A stretch of 64,000 nt of DNA, taken from an uncultured beta proteobacterium. GTDB taxonomy: Bacteria > Pseudomonadota > Gammaproteobacteria > Burkholderiales > SG8-39. This document shows positions 54,128 through 63,597 of this stretch, piece after piece. The notes beneath the pieces are model-generated. The model did not search any database. It was not told the origin of the DNA and saw only the letters and a list, made by a program, of their open reading frames with translations. How positions within the stretch are numbered: the stretch's first letter is position 1; every line of letters begins with the position of its first letter. The stretch spans positions 11,638 through 75,637 of the forward strand of contig CAVXND010000079.1 of NCBI GenBank assembly GCA_963762785.1, read 5' to 3'. The translations under genes and the position numbers were made by a program.

Positions 54128-57076
54128 CCGCCGATCCTTTCTCCGGCCACGAAGGCCTGCCACTTGCGGCGCGTCTGCTCGACGCCGGGAACGGTGCCGA
54201 GCGCCGCCACCTGCGGCGAGGTCACTTGCGGCTCCTCCGCCGCTACCTTGTAGATCCGCACTCTGACGTCGTACCAGCCGGCCTGCCCGGTGACCGGGTC
54301 GGAGTTCGAGATCGCGCCACCCGGCGCCGGGCAGCTCGTCGGCGATCAGGTGATTCAGCAGGAAGCCGCGCTGCGACTCGTTCGCATCCGGTGCGAGCGT
54401 CCAGGCGCCGGGCGCCTTGCCGATCGCGTTCCAGGTCCAGACGGTGCCCGCCTCGACCGCTTCGCTGTAGCGTGCCATGCAGCGTACGCGGCCCCATTGC
54501 GATTCGACCCAGATCCAGTCGCCGTCGCCGATCCCGTGCGCCCCCGCGGTGCGCGGGTTCACGTACAGATAGTTGTGCGCGTGGATCTGCCGCAGCCACG
54601 CGTTCTGCGAGTCCCACGAGTGGTACATCGCCATCGGGCGCTGCGTCACCGCGTTCAGCGGATACTTCTGCGCGTCGGTGAGCTGCGCCTCGAGCGGCTC
54701 GTAGTAGAACGGCAGCGGATCGAAGTACGTCTCGACGCGCCCGCGCAGGCGCTCCGGCGGCCGCCGCGTCGGCCACTTGCCCTGCGCCGCGAGGCGAAAG
54801 CGCTGCAGCACCTCCGAGTAGAGATGGATGAGGATCGGCTCGCCGAAGCGGCGGATGCGCGTCCGCTGCGCCCACTCCATGTAGCCGCGGTTCCAGTTCC
54901 GCATGTAGCGGTAGGACGCGGGCAGCGTGTGGTGGAACACGCAGTCGTTCTTCGCGTACATCTCCCACTGCCGCGGGTTCGGCTCGCCGACCATGAACTT
55001 CTCGCCGCCCTTGCCGCGCCAGCCGGCGAGGAAGCCGATCCCGGAGCCGGGCTCGGTCTCGAAGTTCACGATGAAGTCGGGATAGTCGCGGTACTTCCGC
55101 GACCCGTCGGGACGCACGAACGCCGGCAGCTTGAGGCGCGTGCCGAGCTCGACCAGCACCTCCTGGAACGGCTTGCACTCGCCCTTCGGCGGCACCACCG
55201 GCACCCGCACCGAGTCGGTCGGCCCGTCGAACTCCGAGATCGGGCGGTCGAGGATCGACATCACGTCGTGCCGCTCGAGGTACGTCGTGTCGGGCAGCAC
55301 GAGGTCGGCGAACGCCGTCGTCTCCGACTGGAACGCGTCGCACACGACGATGAACGGAATCTTGTACTCGCCCGCCGCATCGCCGCCCTCGACGCGGTCG
55401 TTCAGCATCCGGCGCACTTCCATGGTGTTCATGGTCGAGTTCCACGCCATGTTCGCCATGAAGATCATCAGCGTGTCGATGCGGTAGGGATCGCCGCGCC
55501 ACGCGTTCGTGATCACGCTGTGCATCACGCCGTGGACCGAGAGCGGGTGCTCCCACGAGAACCCCTTGTCGATCCGCACCGGCCCGCCCGCCTCGTCGAC
55601 GAAGAGATCGTCGGGCGATGCCGGCCAGCCGAGCGCGAGGTTCCCGAGCGGCGTGTTCGGTTTGACCGCGTGCGGCCCGTTCGGCGGCTTCGCCTGCGGC
55701 GGGATCGCGCGCGGGAACGGCGCCTTGTGCCGGAACCCGCCCGGCCGGTCGATCGTGCCGAGCAGGCTCATCAGGATCGCGAGCGCGCGAATGGTGTGGA
55801 AGCCGTTCGAGTGCGCGGCGAGGCCGCGCATCGCGTGGAACGCGACCGGGTTGCCGGTGACCGACTCGTGCTCCTTCCCCCAGGAGTCGGTCCACGGGAT
55901 CGGCAGCTCGATCCGCTGGTCGCGCGCGGTGATCCCCATCTCCTGCGCGAGGCGCCGGATCGTCGCCGCCGGCACGCCGCTCACCTGCTCCGCCCACTCG
56001 GGCGTGTAGCGCTTCACCCGCTCCTCGAGGAGCTGGAACGCGGGCTTGACCGGCGTTCCGTCCGGCAGCCGGAACTCGCCGAGCAGGAACGGATCGGCGC
56101 CCTCGGTGTGGGTCGCGACCGCGCGATCGGTGTGCCGGTCCCACCACATCTGGTTCTGCGGATACTGCGGGTTCACCTCGTCGGCGCCCGGATCGCGGAC
56201 GAAGAGGCCGAAGCGGTCGCTCGACTCGTCGAGGTTCACGAGCTGGCCCGCGTTGGTGTAGCGCACCAGGAAGTCGCGGTCGTACAGTCCGAGCGCGATG
56301 ATCTCGTGGACGATCGCGAGCAGCAGCGCGCCGTCGGTCCCGGGCCGGATCGGCACCCACTCGTCGGCGATCGCCGAGTAGCCGGTGCGCACCGGATTGA
56401 TCGAGACGAACTTCCCGCCCTCGCGCTTGAACTTGGAGATCGCGATCTTGAGCGGGTTCGAGTGATGGTCCTCGGCGGTGCCGATCATCACGAAGAGCTT
56501 CGCGCGCTCGAGGTCGGGGCCGCCGAACTCCCAGAACGAGCCGCCGATCGTGTAGATCATGCCGGCGGCCATGTTCACCGAGCAGAAGCCGCCGTGCGCG
56601 GCGTAGTTCGGCGTGCCGAACTGGCGCGCGAAGAGGCCGGTGAGCGCCTGCATCTGATCGCGCCCGGTGAAGAGCGCGAACTTCTTCGGGTCGGTCGAGC
56701 GGATGCGCCCGAGGCGCTCCTCGAGGACGCGGAACGCCTCGTCCCACGAGATCTCGACGAACTCGCCGTCGCCGCGCGCCGCGCCGGGCTTCCGCATGAG
56801 CGGCTTCGTCAGGCGCGCCGGCGAGTACTGCTTCATGATCCCCGACGCGCCCTTGGCGCAGATCACGCCCTTGTTGATCGGGTGGTTCGGGTTGCCGTCG
56901 ATGTAGCGCACCTCGCCGTCGCGCAGGTGCACGCGGATGCCGCACCGGCACGCGCACATGTAGCAGGTGGTGGTCTTGACTTCGGCGGCCAACGGCGACG
57001 CTCCCGGCGTGGGTGGCGAAGACGCATTCTGCGGCCGCTGCGGGGCCGAAGCAACGAGCGAAACTGATGCCGCCAT
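54124..57076 (-). CDS. soeA: Molybdopterin (bisPGD) catalytic subunit without Tat signal, SoeA-like sulfite:quinone oxidoreductase; one apparent +1 shift near 54322
   Basis: N-terminal Fe-S motif TTCYMCACRCGIRVHL with no RR signal. A long DMSO-reductase-family body follows. ...LLNHLIADELPGA|GGAISNSDPVTGQAGWYDVRVRIYKVAAEEPQV...AGERIGG*. The context (soeBC, tusA, aprMBA) supports Soe over Psr/Ttr types. Confidence 0.7.
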
Positions 57077-57118
57077 AAGCCGTGACTCCGTCGCTCTTTA
57101 TCGGTCTATGATCGCCGC

Positions 57119-57710
57119 GTGAAAATCTGCATCGTGTCGGACAGCCACGACCGCGCCGACGCACTCGCGCAGGCGGTGCGCGAGGCGAAAGCGCAGGGCG
57201 CCACCGCGGTGATCCACTGCGGCGACCTCATCGGCACGCAGACGCTGAAGCCCGCGCTCGCGCTCGGGCTTGCCGCTGCACCTCATCCACGGCAACAACA
57301 TCGGCGATCCGGCCACGCTGCACAACCTGGCGCGCGCGAGCGGCGGGCTGCTCCAGTACCACGGCCCCGACGCGCGCATCGAGCTCGCCGGCCGGCGCGT
57401 CTTCGTCGTCCACTATCACGACTACGGCTACGCGATGGCGTGCACCGGCGACTGGGAGCTGGTGTGCTGCGGGCACTCGCACCAGGCCGAAGTGCGGAAG
57501 GTCGCGAGCGTGAAGGGCGGCGAGACCTGGCTCGTCAATCCGGGGACGGTGGCGGGTCTCGCCGCGCCTCCGACCTGGGCGCTGGGCGATCTCGCGGCGA
57601 TGCGCTTCGAGGTGCGGGAGCTCGGCCGCTATCGTCGCGATCCCGCATCGCATCATCGGCGCTCGCGCCGTCTCGCCGCGCGAGCATTCATCGCCTCTAT
57701 GGGCGCATAG
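57119..57710 (+). CDS. YfcE/MJ0936-type metallophosphoesterase; one apparent +1 shift near 57270; C-terminus uncertain
   Basis: GTG 57119: MKICIVSDSHDRADALAQAVREAKAQGATAVIHCGDLIGTQTLKPALALG|LPLHLIHGNNIGD...VFVVHYHDYG...LVCCGHSHQAEV...WLVNPGTV. Confidence 0.65.
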
Positions 57711-57778
57711 CGAAGATCAAGGCCAGGGCTTGTCACGCGACACTTAGAATCCCCGCCGAGACGGGGAGGAGACAAGAA

Positions 57779-58619
57779 ATGTTCACCAGCAATCCGTTTG
57801 CCGGGCTTTCCATAACGCCTGCCGTCATGCAGGCCTATGTCGTCATCATGATCGCCCTGGTTGCGGCCGGGACGCTGTTCGACATCGTGCACAAGGGGAG
57901 CGCCAGGTATTTTTTCGATAACTGGCGGAAATCGAAAAGCAAGGGGTCGAAGCAGGTCGGTGGCGGCGAACTGGTGTCGCTCGCCATCCAGACCGGCCTT
58001 GTCGACGTTCTGGCATCCGGGGAATTCTGCAACGCGCGCCGCCGCGTCGCCCACCTGCTGACCATGTACGGGTTCGTGATGTATGTCGTCACCACCGCCG
58101 TCATGGTGTTCGCCTACCCGACGCCCGCGACCCCGACGCCCGCCATCCTGCCGCAGCTTTGGTGGATCGGCGGCCTGATGGTTTGCCTCGGCGGATACTG
58201 GTTCTGGTTCTTCATTCGGGCCGATGTCGCCGCCGAGGGCAATTCGCCGTTCCGCGTCATGCGCGCGGATCTCTTCATTCTCTCGCTCCTGGCCAGCGTG
58301 ACGCTGGGCCTGATCTGGGCGTTCCTGCAAACGAGGGGCAGTGCCGGCGGCCGACGTGTTCTTCGGCCTGTACATCATCGCGACGACGGTGCTGTTCGGA
58401 TCGGTGCCGTGGTCCAAGTTCGCCCACATGTTCTTCAAGCCTGCGGCAGCCTTCGAAAAAAGGCTTTCCTACGCGAACGAGTCCCGGAGCAACCTGCCCG
58501 CGCCCGCGGACAAGCCCGAGCAGTTCGGCAGCGCGCGCGAACAGACCCCGGCACTACTGACCGGCCCGCCTCGGACTTCACTTCGGAGACAACGACCATG
58601 CCAACCTTCGTCTACATGA
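57779..58619 (+). CDS. aprM: APS reductase membrane anchor AprM (5 TM); at least one shift near 58340-58350; 3' end uncertain (58560 or 58619)
   Basis: GGAGGAG precedes ATG 57779: MFTSNPFAGLSITPAVMQAYVVIMIALVAAGTLFDIVHKG... ...LIWAFLQTRG..|AADVFFGLYIIATTVLFGSVPWSKFAHMFFKPAAAFEKR... Its position directly upstream of aprBA is as in AprM-type systems. Confidence 0.6.
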
Positions 58620-59064
58620 CCCGGTGCGACGGCTGCGGGCACTGCGTCGACATCTGCCCGTCCGACATCATGCACATCGACAAGACCTATCGGCGCGCCT
58701 ACAACATCGAGCCGAACATGTGCTGGGAGTGCTACTCCTGCGTGAAGGCCTGTCCGCAGAACGCCATCGACGTGCCGCGGTTACGCCGACTTCGCCCCGC
58801 TGGGCCACAGCGTCCGGGTGCTTCGGGAAGAGGCCAAGGGCGACCATTTCGTGGCGGCTCAAGTTCCGCGACGGCCGCGAGAAGAACTTCGTGTCGCCGA
58901 TCCGCACGACGCCCTGGGGATCGATCAAGGGGCCGGCCGAGTACGAGGCGCCCCGCCCCGAGGATTTCGCCAGGCAGGAACTCGCGCACGAACCGGATGC
59001 GCTCAAGATCAACGGCGGATTGCCCGCGTTGCGTCCGGATCAACTCAAGCGGGGAGTCGTCTGA
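58598..59064 (+). CDS. aprB: Adenylylsulfate reductase beta subunit; two apparent +1 shifts (near 58775, 58842)
   Basis: MPTFVYMTRCDGCGHCVDICPSDIMHIDK...CWECYSCVKACPQNAIDV|RGYADFAPLGHSVRVLREEAKG|TISWRLKFRDGREKNFVSPIRTTPWGS...* (the last part is ORF 58624..59064). Confidence 0.82.
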
Positions 59065-60909
59065 TGGGGCTGTTCGGCGGCAGGAAGACGGTTTTCGTCG
59101 ACGCGGACATCCTCGTCATCGGCGGCGGCATGGCCGGCTGCGGGGCGACCTACGAGTCCCGCTACTGGGGGCGCGACCTGAAGATCGTCTGCGTCGAGAA
59201 AGCGAACATCGAGCGCAGCGGCGCGGTCGCCCAGGGCCTCTACGCCATCAACTGCTACATGGGCATGCAATGGGGCGAGAACCAGCCCGAGGACCATGTC
59301 CGCTACGCCCGCAACGACCTCATGGGCCTGGTGCGCGAGGACCTGGGCTACGACATCGCCCGGCACGTGGACGGCACGGTGCACAAGTTCGAGGAATGGG
59401 GCCTGCCGATCATGCGCGACCCCAAGACCGGGCGCTACCAGCGCGAAGGCAAGTGGCAGATCATGATCCACGGCGAGAGCTACAAGCCGATCGTCGCCGA
59501 GGCGGCGCGCAAGGCCGCGACCGAGGTCTACAACCGGATCATGGTCACCCACCTGCTGATGGACAAGAGCAAGGCCAACCGGGTCGCCGGCGCCGTCGGC
59601 TTCAACGTCCGGACGGGCGATTTCCATGTGTTCCGCGCGAAGGCCGTCATCGTCGCCGCCGGCGGTGCGTCGCACATCTTCAAGCCACGCGCCGTGGGCG
59701 AGGGCATGGGGCGGACCTGGTATGCGCCCTGGAGCAGCGGGTCGTGCTACGCGCTTCCGATCCAGGTCGGCGCCAAGATGACGCAGATGGAGAACCGCAT
59801 CGTCCTGACCCGTTTCAAGGACGGCTACGGCCCCGTCGGCGCCTACTTCCTCCATCTGAAGACGTACACGCAGAACGGCTATGGCGAGGAGTACGAGAAG
59901 AGGTGGTACGACGACACCAAGGCTTTGGTGGGCGACTACATCGACCGTCACCCGGTGCCGACCTGCCTGCGCAACCACGCCATCCTGAAGGAGGTCGCGG
60001 CCGGCCGCGGTCCCATCCGCATGGTGACCAAGGAGGCCTTCCAGGACCCCCACAAGGAGACCGTCGGCTGGGAGAACTTCCTCGGCATGACGATCGGGCA
60101 GGCGGTCGTCTGGGCGTCGCAGAACATCGACCCGAAGCACATCAACCCGGAGCTGACCACGTCCGAGCCTTACGTCATGGGTTCGCACGCCACCTGCTCC
60201 GGCGCGTGGGCGAGCGGGCCGGAAGACTATGCCCCGGCGGAATACCAGTGGGGATACAACCGCATGATGACGGTCGACGGCCTGTTCGGCGCCGGCGACA
60301 CCATCGGCGGCACCGCCCACAAGTTCTCGTCAGGGTCGTTCACGGAAGGCCGCATCGCCGGCGAAGGCGGCGGTCAAGTACGTGATGGAAAAGGGGAAGG
60401 ACCAGCCTCAGGTGAGCGAGAAGGAATATCGCGACCTCGAGCAGGTGATCTACCAGCCGCTGGAGAACTACCGGGTCGGCCGCAACGAGATCGTCGCCGG
60501 GACCGTGTCGCCGAGCTACCTCCTCCCGATCCACGGTCTGCAGCGCCTCGAGAAGATCATGGACGAATACGTCGGCGGCATCAGCACCAACTACATGACG
60601 AACGGCGTGCTGCTCAACCGCGGCCTCGAGTTGCTGGCCATGCTGAAGGAGGACATGAGCCACATGGGCGCGGAGGACCTGCACCAGCTTCAGCGCACCT
60701 GGGAACTGCACCACCGGCTTCTCGCCTCGGAGTCCGTGACCCATCACACGCTGTTCCGGACGGAGACGCGCTGGCCGGGGTATTACTACCGGGGCGATCA
60801 CATGAAGCTCGATGACGAGAACTGGCACTGCTTCACCCTGTCCCGCTACGACCGCAATACCGGCAAGTGGGCCATGGAGAAGGCGCCGGTCTACCACATC
60901 ATCGACTGA
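59064..60909 (+). CDS. aprA: Adenylylsulfate reductase alpha subunit; one apparent +1 shift near 60363
   Basis: ATG 59064 (TGATG overlap): MGLFGGRKTVFVDADILVIGGGMAGCGATYES... (FAD fold) ...SSGSFTEGRIAG|KAAVKYVMEKGKDQP... continues in ORF 60382..60909 (...FRTETRWPGYYYRGDH...VYHIID*). Confidence 0.87.
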
Positions 60910-60998
60910 TCAAGCTCGGGCTTCGAGCCGCTCGTCGACAACGTGCGGGAACTCGCGGTGAAGGTGGTGCCGGCGAAGCGGTAGCCCCGCCGGGGGGA

Positions 60999-61238
60999 TC
61001 AGCAGGACTTCGGGATGTGCGCGGTCGCCGGGTCCGCCATGTCGTGGTCGTAGACCTTCATCTTCGCGGCGACGCACCCATCGATGTACCGGCGCAGCGC
61101 GTCGTCGCGATGCCCGAGCGAGAGCCCTTCCCGCGTGCAGATCATCGCGAACACCGCGCGCGCGTTGTCGCCGTCGGCCGCGATCGGTGCGGCATAGGCG
61201 AGGCTGAGGAGCATCGCGAGCGAAGCGAGGGTCTTCAT
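60999..61238 (-). CDS. Small secreted Cys-containing protein (79 aa)
   Basis: ORF 60999..61238 has the signal MKTLASLAMLLSLAYAAPIAA and three Cys in the mature part. No family recognised. Confidence 0.45.
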   Translation of the reverse strand: MKTLASLAMLLSLAYAAPIAADGDNARAVFAMICTREGLSLGHRDDALRRYIDGCVAAKMKVYDHDMADPATAHIPKSC

Positions 61239-61391
61239 GGCCGGGAGTCTACTCCCGCCGCCACGCGCTCATCCAGAACCGTTCCCGTTGGCGCGCCTCG
61301 TTTCCGCATGAAACACCGCACGTCGCGGCACCTTCCGGATGCCGCAAGCGCACAATGAGAAGCGACAACGAGTTATGCCCGCGACCGGCAA

Positions 61392-61406
61392 TGGCACGGT
61401 TAATGC
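61392..61406 (+). promoter_or_regulatory. -24/-12 (sigma54-type) promoter
   Basis: TGGCACG-gtta-aTGCa ends 71 nt before ATG 61478. Confidence 0.5.
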
Positions 61407-61477
61407 ACGACTCTTCCCGATTACGGGGCGGAGAACCCCAGCCTAGCGGCCCGGCGCTGCACACCAAAGGAGGATCC

Positions 61478-62800
61478 ATGGCGAGCGACACCCGACTGCG
61501 TACCCTACCGAAACGAACTCTGCTGTCCGGGGAGGAAGAAGCGAGGCTCGAGTCCGAGGACCGGCGCGCGTTCCTCCGCAAGAGCGCCGCGATGGCGGGC
61601 GGCGCGCTCGCGGTCGGCAGCGTCGCCTCCACCGCCCGCGGGGCGCCGCTGGCGGTGCCCCCGTCGGGGCAGGAGATGGGCCGGCCGATCCCGCCGGCGA
61701 TGTACGGCATGCCCTCGAAGTACGAGGCGCACGTCGCCCGCCGACGCACCGACGTCTTCGTGAACCGGCAGAACTGGTCCGACTGGAGCATGACCCCGCT
61801 CCAGCACCAGTACGGCATCGTCACCCCGAACGGTGTGATCTTCGAGCGCCACCACGCCGGCACGCCGGACATCGATCCGAAGACCCACAAGCTCGTCATC
61901 CACGGCATGGTGCGGCAGCCACTCGTCTTCTCGATGGAAGACCTGATGCGGTACCCGGCCGTGTCCCGGTTCTACTTCCTCGAGTGCTCGGGCAACGGCC
62001 TCGCCAACTGGGTGAACAACAATTCGGTCACCGTCCAGCAGTCGCACGGGCTGCTTTCGGGCGCGCAGTGGACCGGGGTCCCGGTGTCGTGGCTGCTCGA
62101 CGAGGCGGGCGTGCAGCCCGGGGCGAAGTGGATCGCCTTCGAAGGCGCCGACGGCTCGAACCACACGCGCTCGATGCCGATCGAGAAGGTGCTTGACGAC
62201 TGCCTACTCGTGTACGCGTCGAACGGCGAGATGCTGCGGGCCGAGAACGGCTACCCGCTGCGCCTCCTCGTCCCCGGCTGGGAGGGGAACGTCTCGGTCA
62301 AGTGGCTGCGCCGCATCAAGGTGGGCGACCAGCCGTGGCATTTCCGCAGCGAAACGGCGCGCTACACCGACCCGATGCCGCAGGGCAAGTGGCGCCAGTT
62401 CAGCTTCGAGATGGAGTGCAAGTCCGTGATCACCCGTCCCTCGGGCGGGATGAAGCTCGGCGCGCCGGGCTGGTACGAGATCCAGGGCCTCGCCTGGTCG
62501 GGCAACGGCCGCATCACCGCGGTCGACGTCACGCTCGATGGCGGCCGGAACTGGCAGGAGGCAACGCTCGACCAGCCGGTGCTGGACAAGAGTCTGACCG
62601 AGTTCCGCTTCCGGTGGAACTGGAACGGCGGTCCAGCGATGATCGCGAGCCGCGCGGTCGATTCCACAGGCTACGTCCAGCCTACGGCAGCCGACCTCAC
62701 GAAGGTGCGCGCGATCGTCGGCTTCGTGCAGCACCACAACGGCATCCAGCCGTGGGCCGTTGCGGGGAACGGGGAGGTAAGAAATGCGATCGCGGGCTGA
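61478..62800 (+). CDS. Periplasmic molybdopterin sulfite dehydrogenase, SoxC/SorA (sulfite-oxidase) family
   Basis: ORF 61355..62800. AAGGAGGA precedes ATG 61478. Tat signal DRRAFLRKSAAMAGGALAVG, Mo-ligand Cys motif YFLECSGNG, and a C-terminal dimerisation domain. Confidence 0.78.
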   Translation: MASDTRLRTLPKRTLLSGEEEARLESEDRRAFLRKSAAMAGGALAVGSVASTARGAPLAVPPSGQEMGRPIPPAMYGMPSKYEAHVARRRTDVFVNRQNWSDWSMTPLQHQYGIVTPNGVIFERHHAGTPDIDPKTHKLVIHGMVRQPLVFSMEDLMRYPAVSRFYFLECSGNGLANWVNNNSVTVQQSHGLLSGAQWTGVPVSWLLDEAGVQPGAKWIAFEGADGSNHTRSMPIEKVLDDCLLVYASNGEMLRAENGYPLRLLVPGWEGNVSVKWLRRIKVGDQPWHFRSETARYTDPMPQGKWRQFSFEMECKSVITRPSGGMKLGAPGWYEIQGLAWSGNGRITAVDVTLDGGRNWQEATLDQPVLDKSLTEFRFRWNWNGGPAMIASRAVDSTGYVQPTAADLTKVRAIVGFVQHHNGIQPWAVAGNGEVRNAIAG

Positions 62801-63380
62801 AGTCGTCGGACTGGTTACCGCGGCCGCGCTCGCCGCGGGCGGTTGCGCACAGATGCAGCACACGGCATCGACCCCGGCGAAGCCGGCGGCCGGTTACGGC
62901 AAGCCGATCAGCGAAGCGGACATCGCGTCGTGGAACATCGACATCCGCACCCCCGACGGCCGCGGTCTGCCGCCGGGAAGCGGCAGCGTGGCGCAGGGCA
63001 AGGCGATCTACGACGCCAAGTGCACGGCGTGCCACGGCGCGGACGCCAAGGGCGGGCCCGTTTACGGCGCGATGGTGGGCGGGATCGGGTCGTTCACAAC
63101 CAATGTCCGGGTGCTGACGCCGGGCAGCATGTACCCGTACGCGCCGATCCTGTTCGACTACATCCGGCGCACCATGCCGATGGACCGGCCGCTCAGCCTG
63201 ACGGCGAACGAGACCTATGCGCTGTCCGCGTACATCCTGAACCTGAACGGCCTCGTGCCGGCCAACGCGGTCATGGACGCGAAGACGCTGCCGGCGGTCC
63301 AGATGCCGAACCGCGACGGGTTCATCGTCGACGACCGTCCGGACGCGAAAGCGGTACGCTGCATGACGGGTTGCAAGTAG
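62784..63380 (+). CDS. Monohaem cytochrome c lipoprotein, SoxD/SorB-like partner subunit
   Basis: ORF 62784..63380 has the lipobox LAAGGC, a single CTACH, and ...MYPYAPILFDYIRRTMPMDRP. Confidence 0.7.
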   Translation: MRSRAEVVGLVTAAALAAGGCAQMQHTASTPAKPAAGYGKPISEADIASWNIDIRTPDGRGLPPGSGSVAQGKAIYDAKCTACHGADAKGGPVYGAMVGGIGSFTTNVRVLTPGSMYPYAPILFDYIRRTMPMDRPLSLTANETYALSAYILNLNGLVPANAVMDAKTLPAVQMPNRDGFIVDDRPDAKAVRCMTGCK

Positions 63381-63401
63381 CGGCGCGCGCGGGCAACGAA
63401 C

Positions 63402-63433
63402 GGCGACCGGCTTGTCCGGTCGCCGTTTTTGTT
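63402..63433 (+). terminator. Rho-independent terminator
   Basis: GGCGACCGG-cttgt-CCGGTCGCC (9 bp) followed by GTTTTTGTT. Confidence 0.72.
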
Positions 63434-63479
63434 CGGCGGCGCGCCGAGCGCCTGTTTCCTGTGGAAACAGGCGCCGCCG
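63434..63479. other. Second GC-rich hairpin
   Basis: Inner perfect 10-bp stem GCCTGTTTCC-tgt-GGAAACAGGC (63450-63472), extended by CGGCGGCGC/GCGCCGCCG. Confidence 0.5.
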
Positions 63480-63542
63480 TGCCCGGACGACGCGGACGGC
63501 ATATCGATCGATAAATTAGTGATTTAGACCCGACGCGCAGCG

Positions 63543-63557
63543 TGGCACAAAATCTGC
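63543..63557 (+). promoter_or_regulatory. -24/-12 (sigma54-type) promoter
   Basis: TGGCACA-aaat-cTGCg ends 40 nt before ATG 63598. Confidence 0.5.
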
Positions 63558-63597
63558 GTTTGGGACTTGGGATCAGCTACTAGCAGGAGTCACGCAC

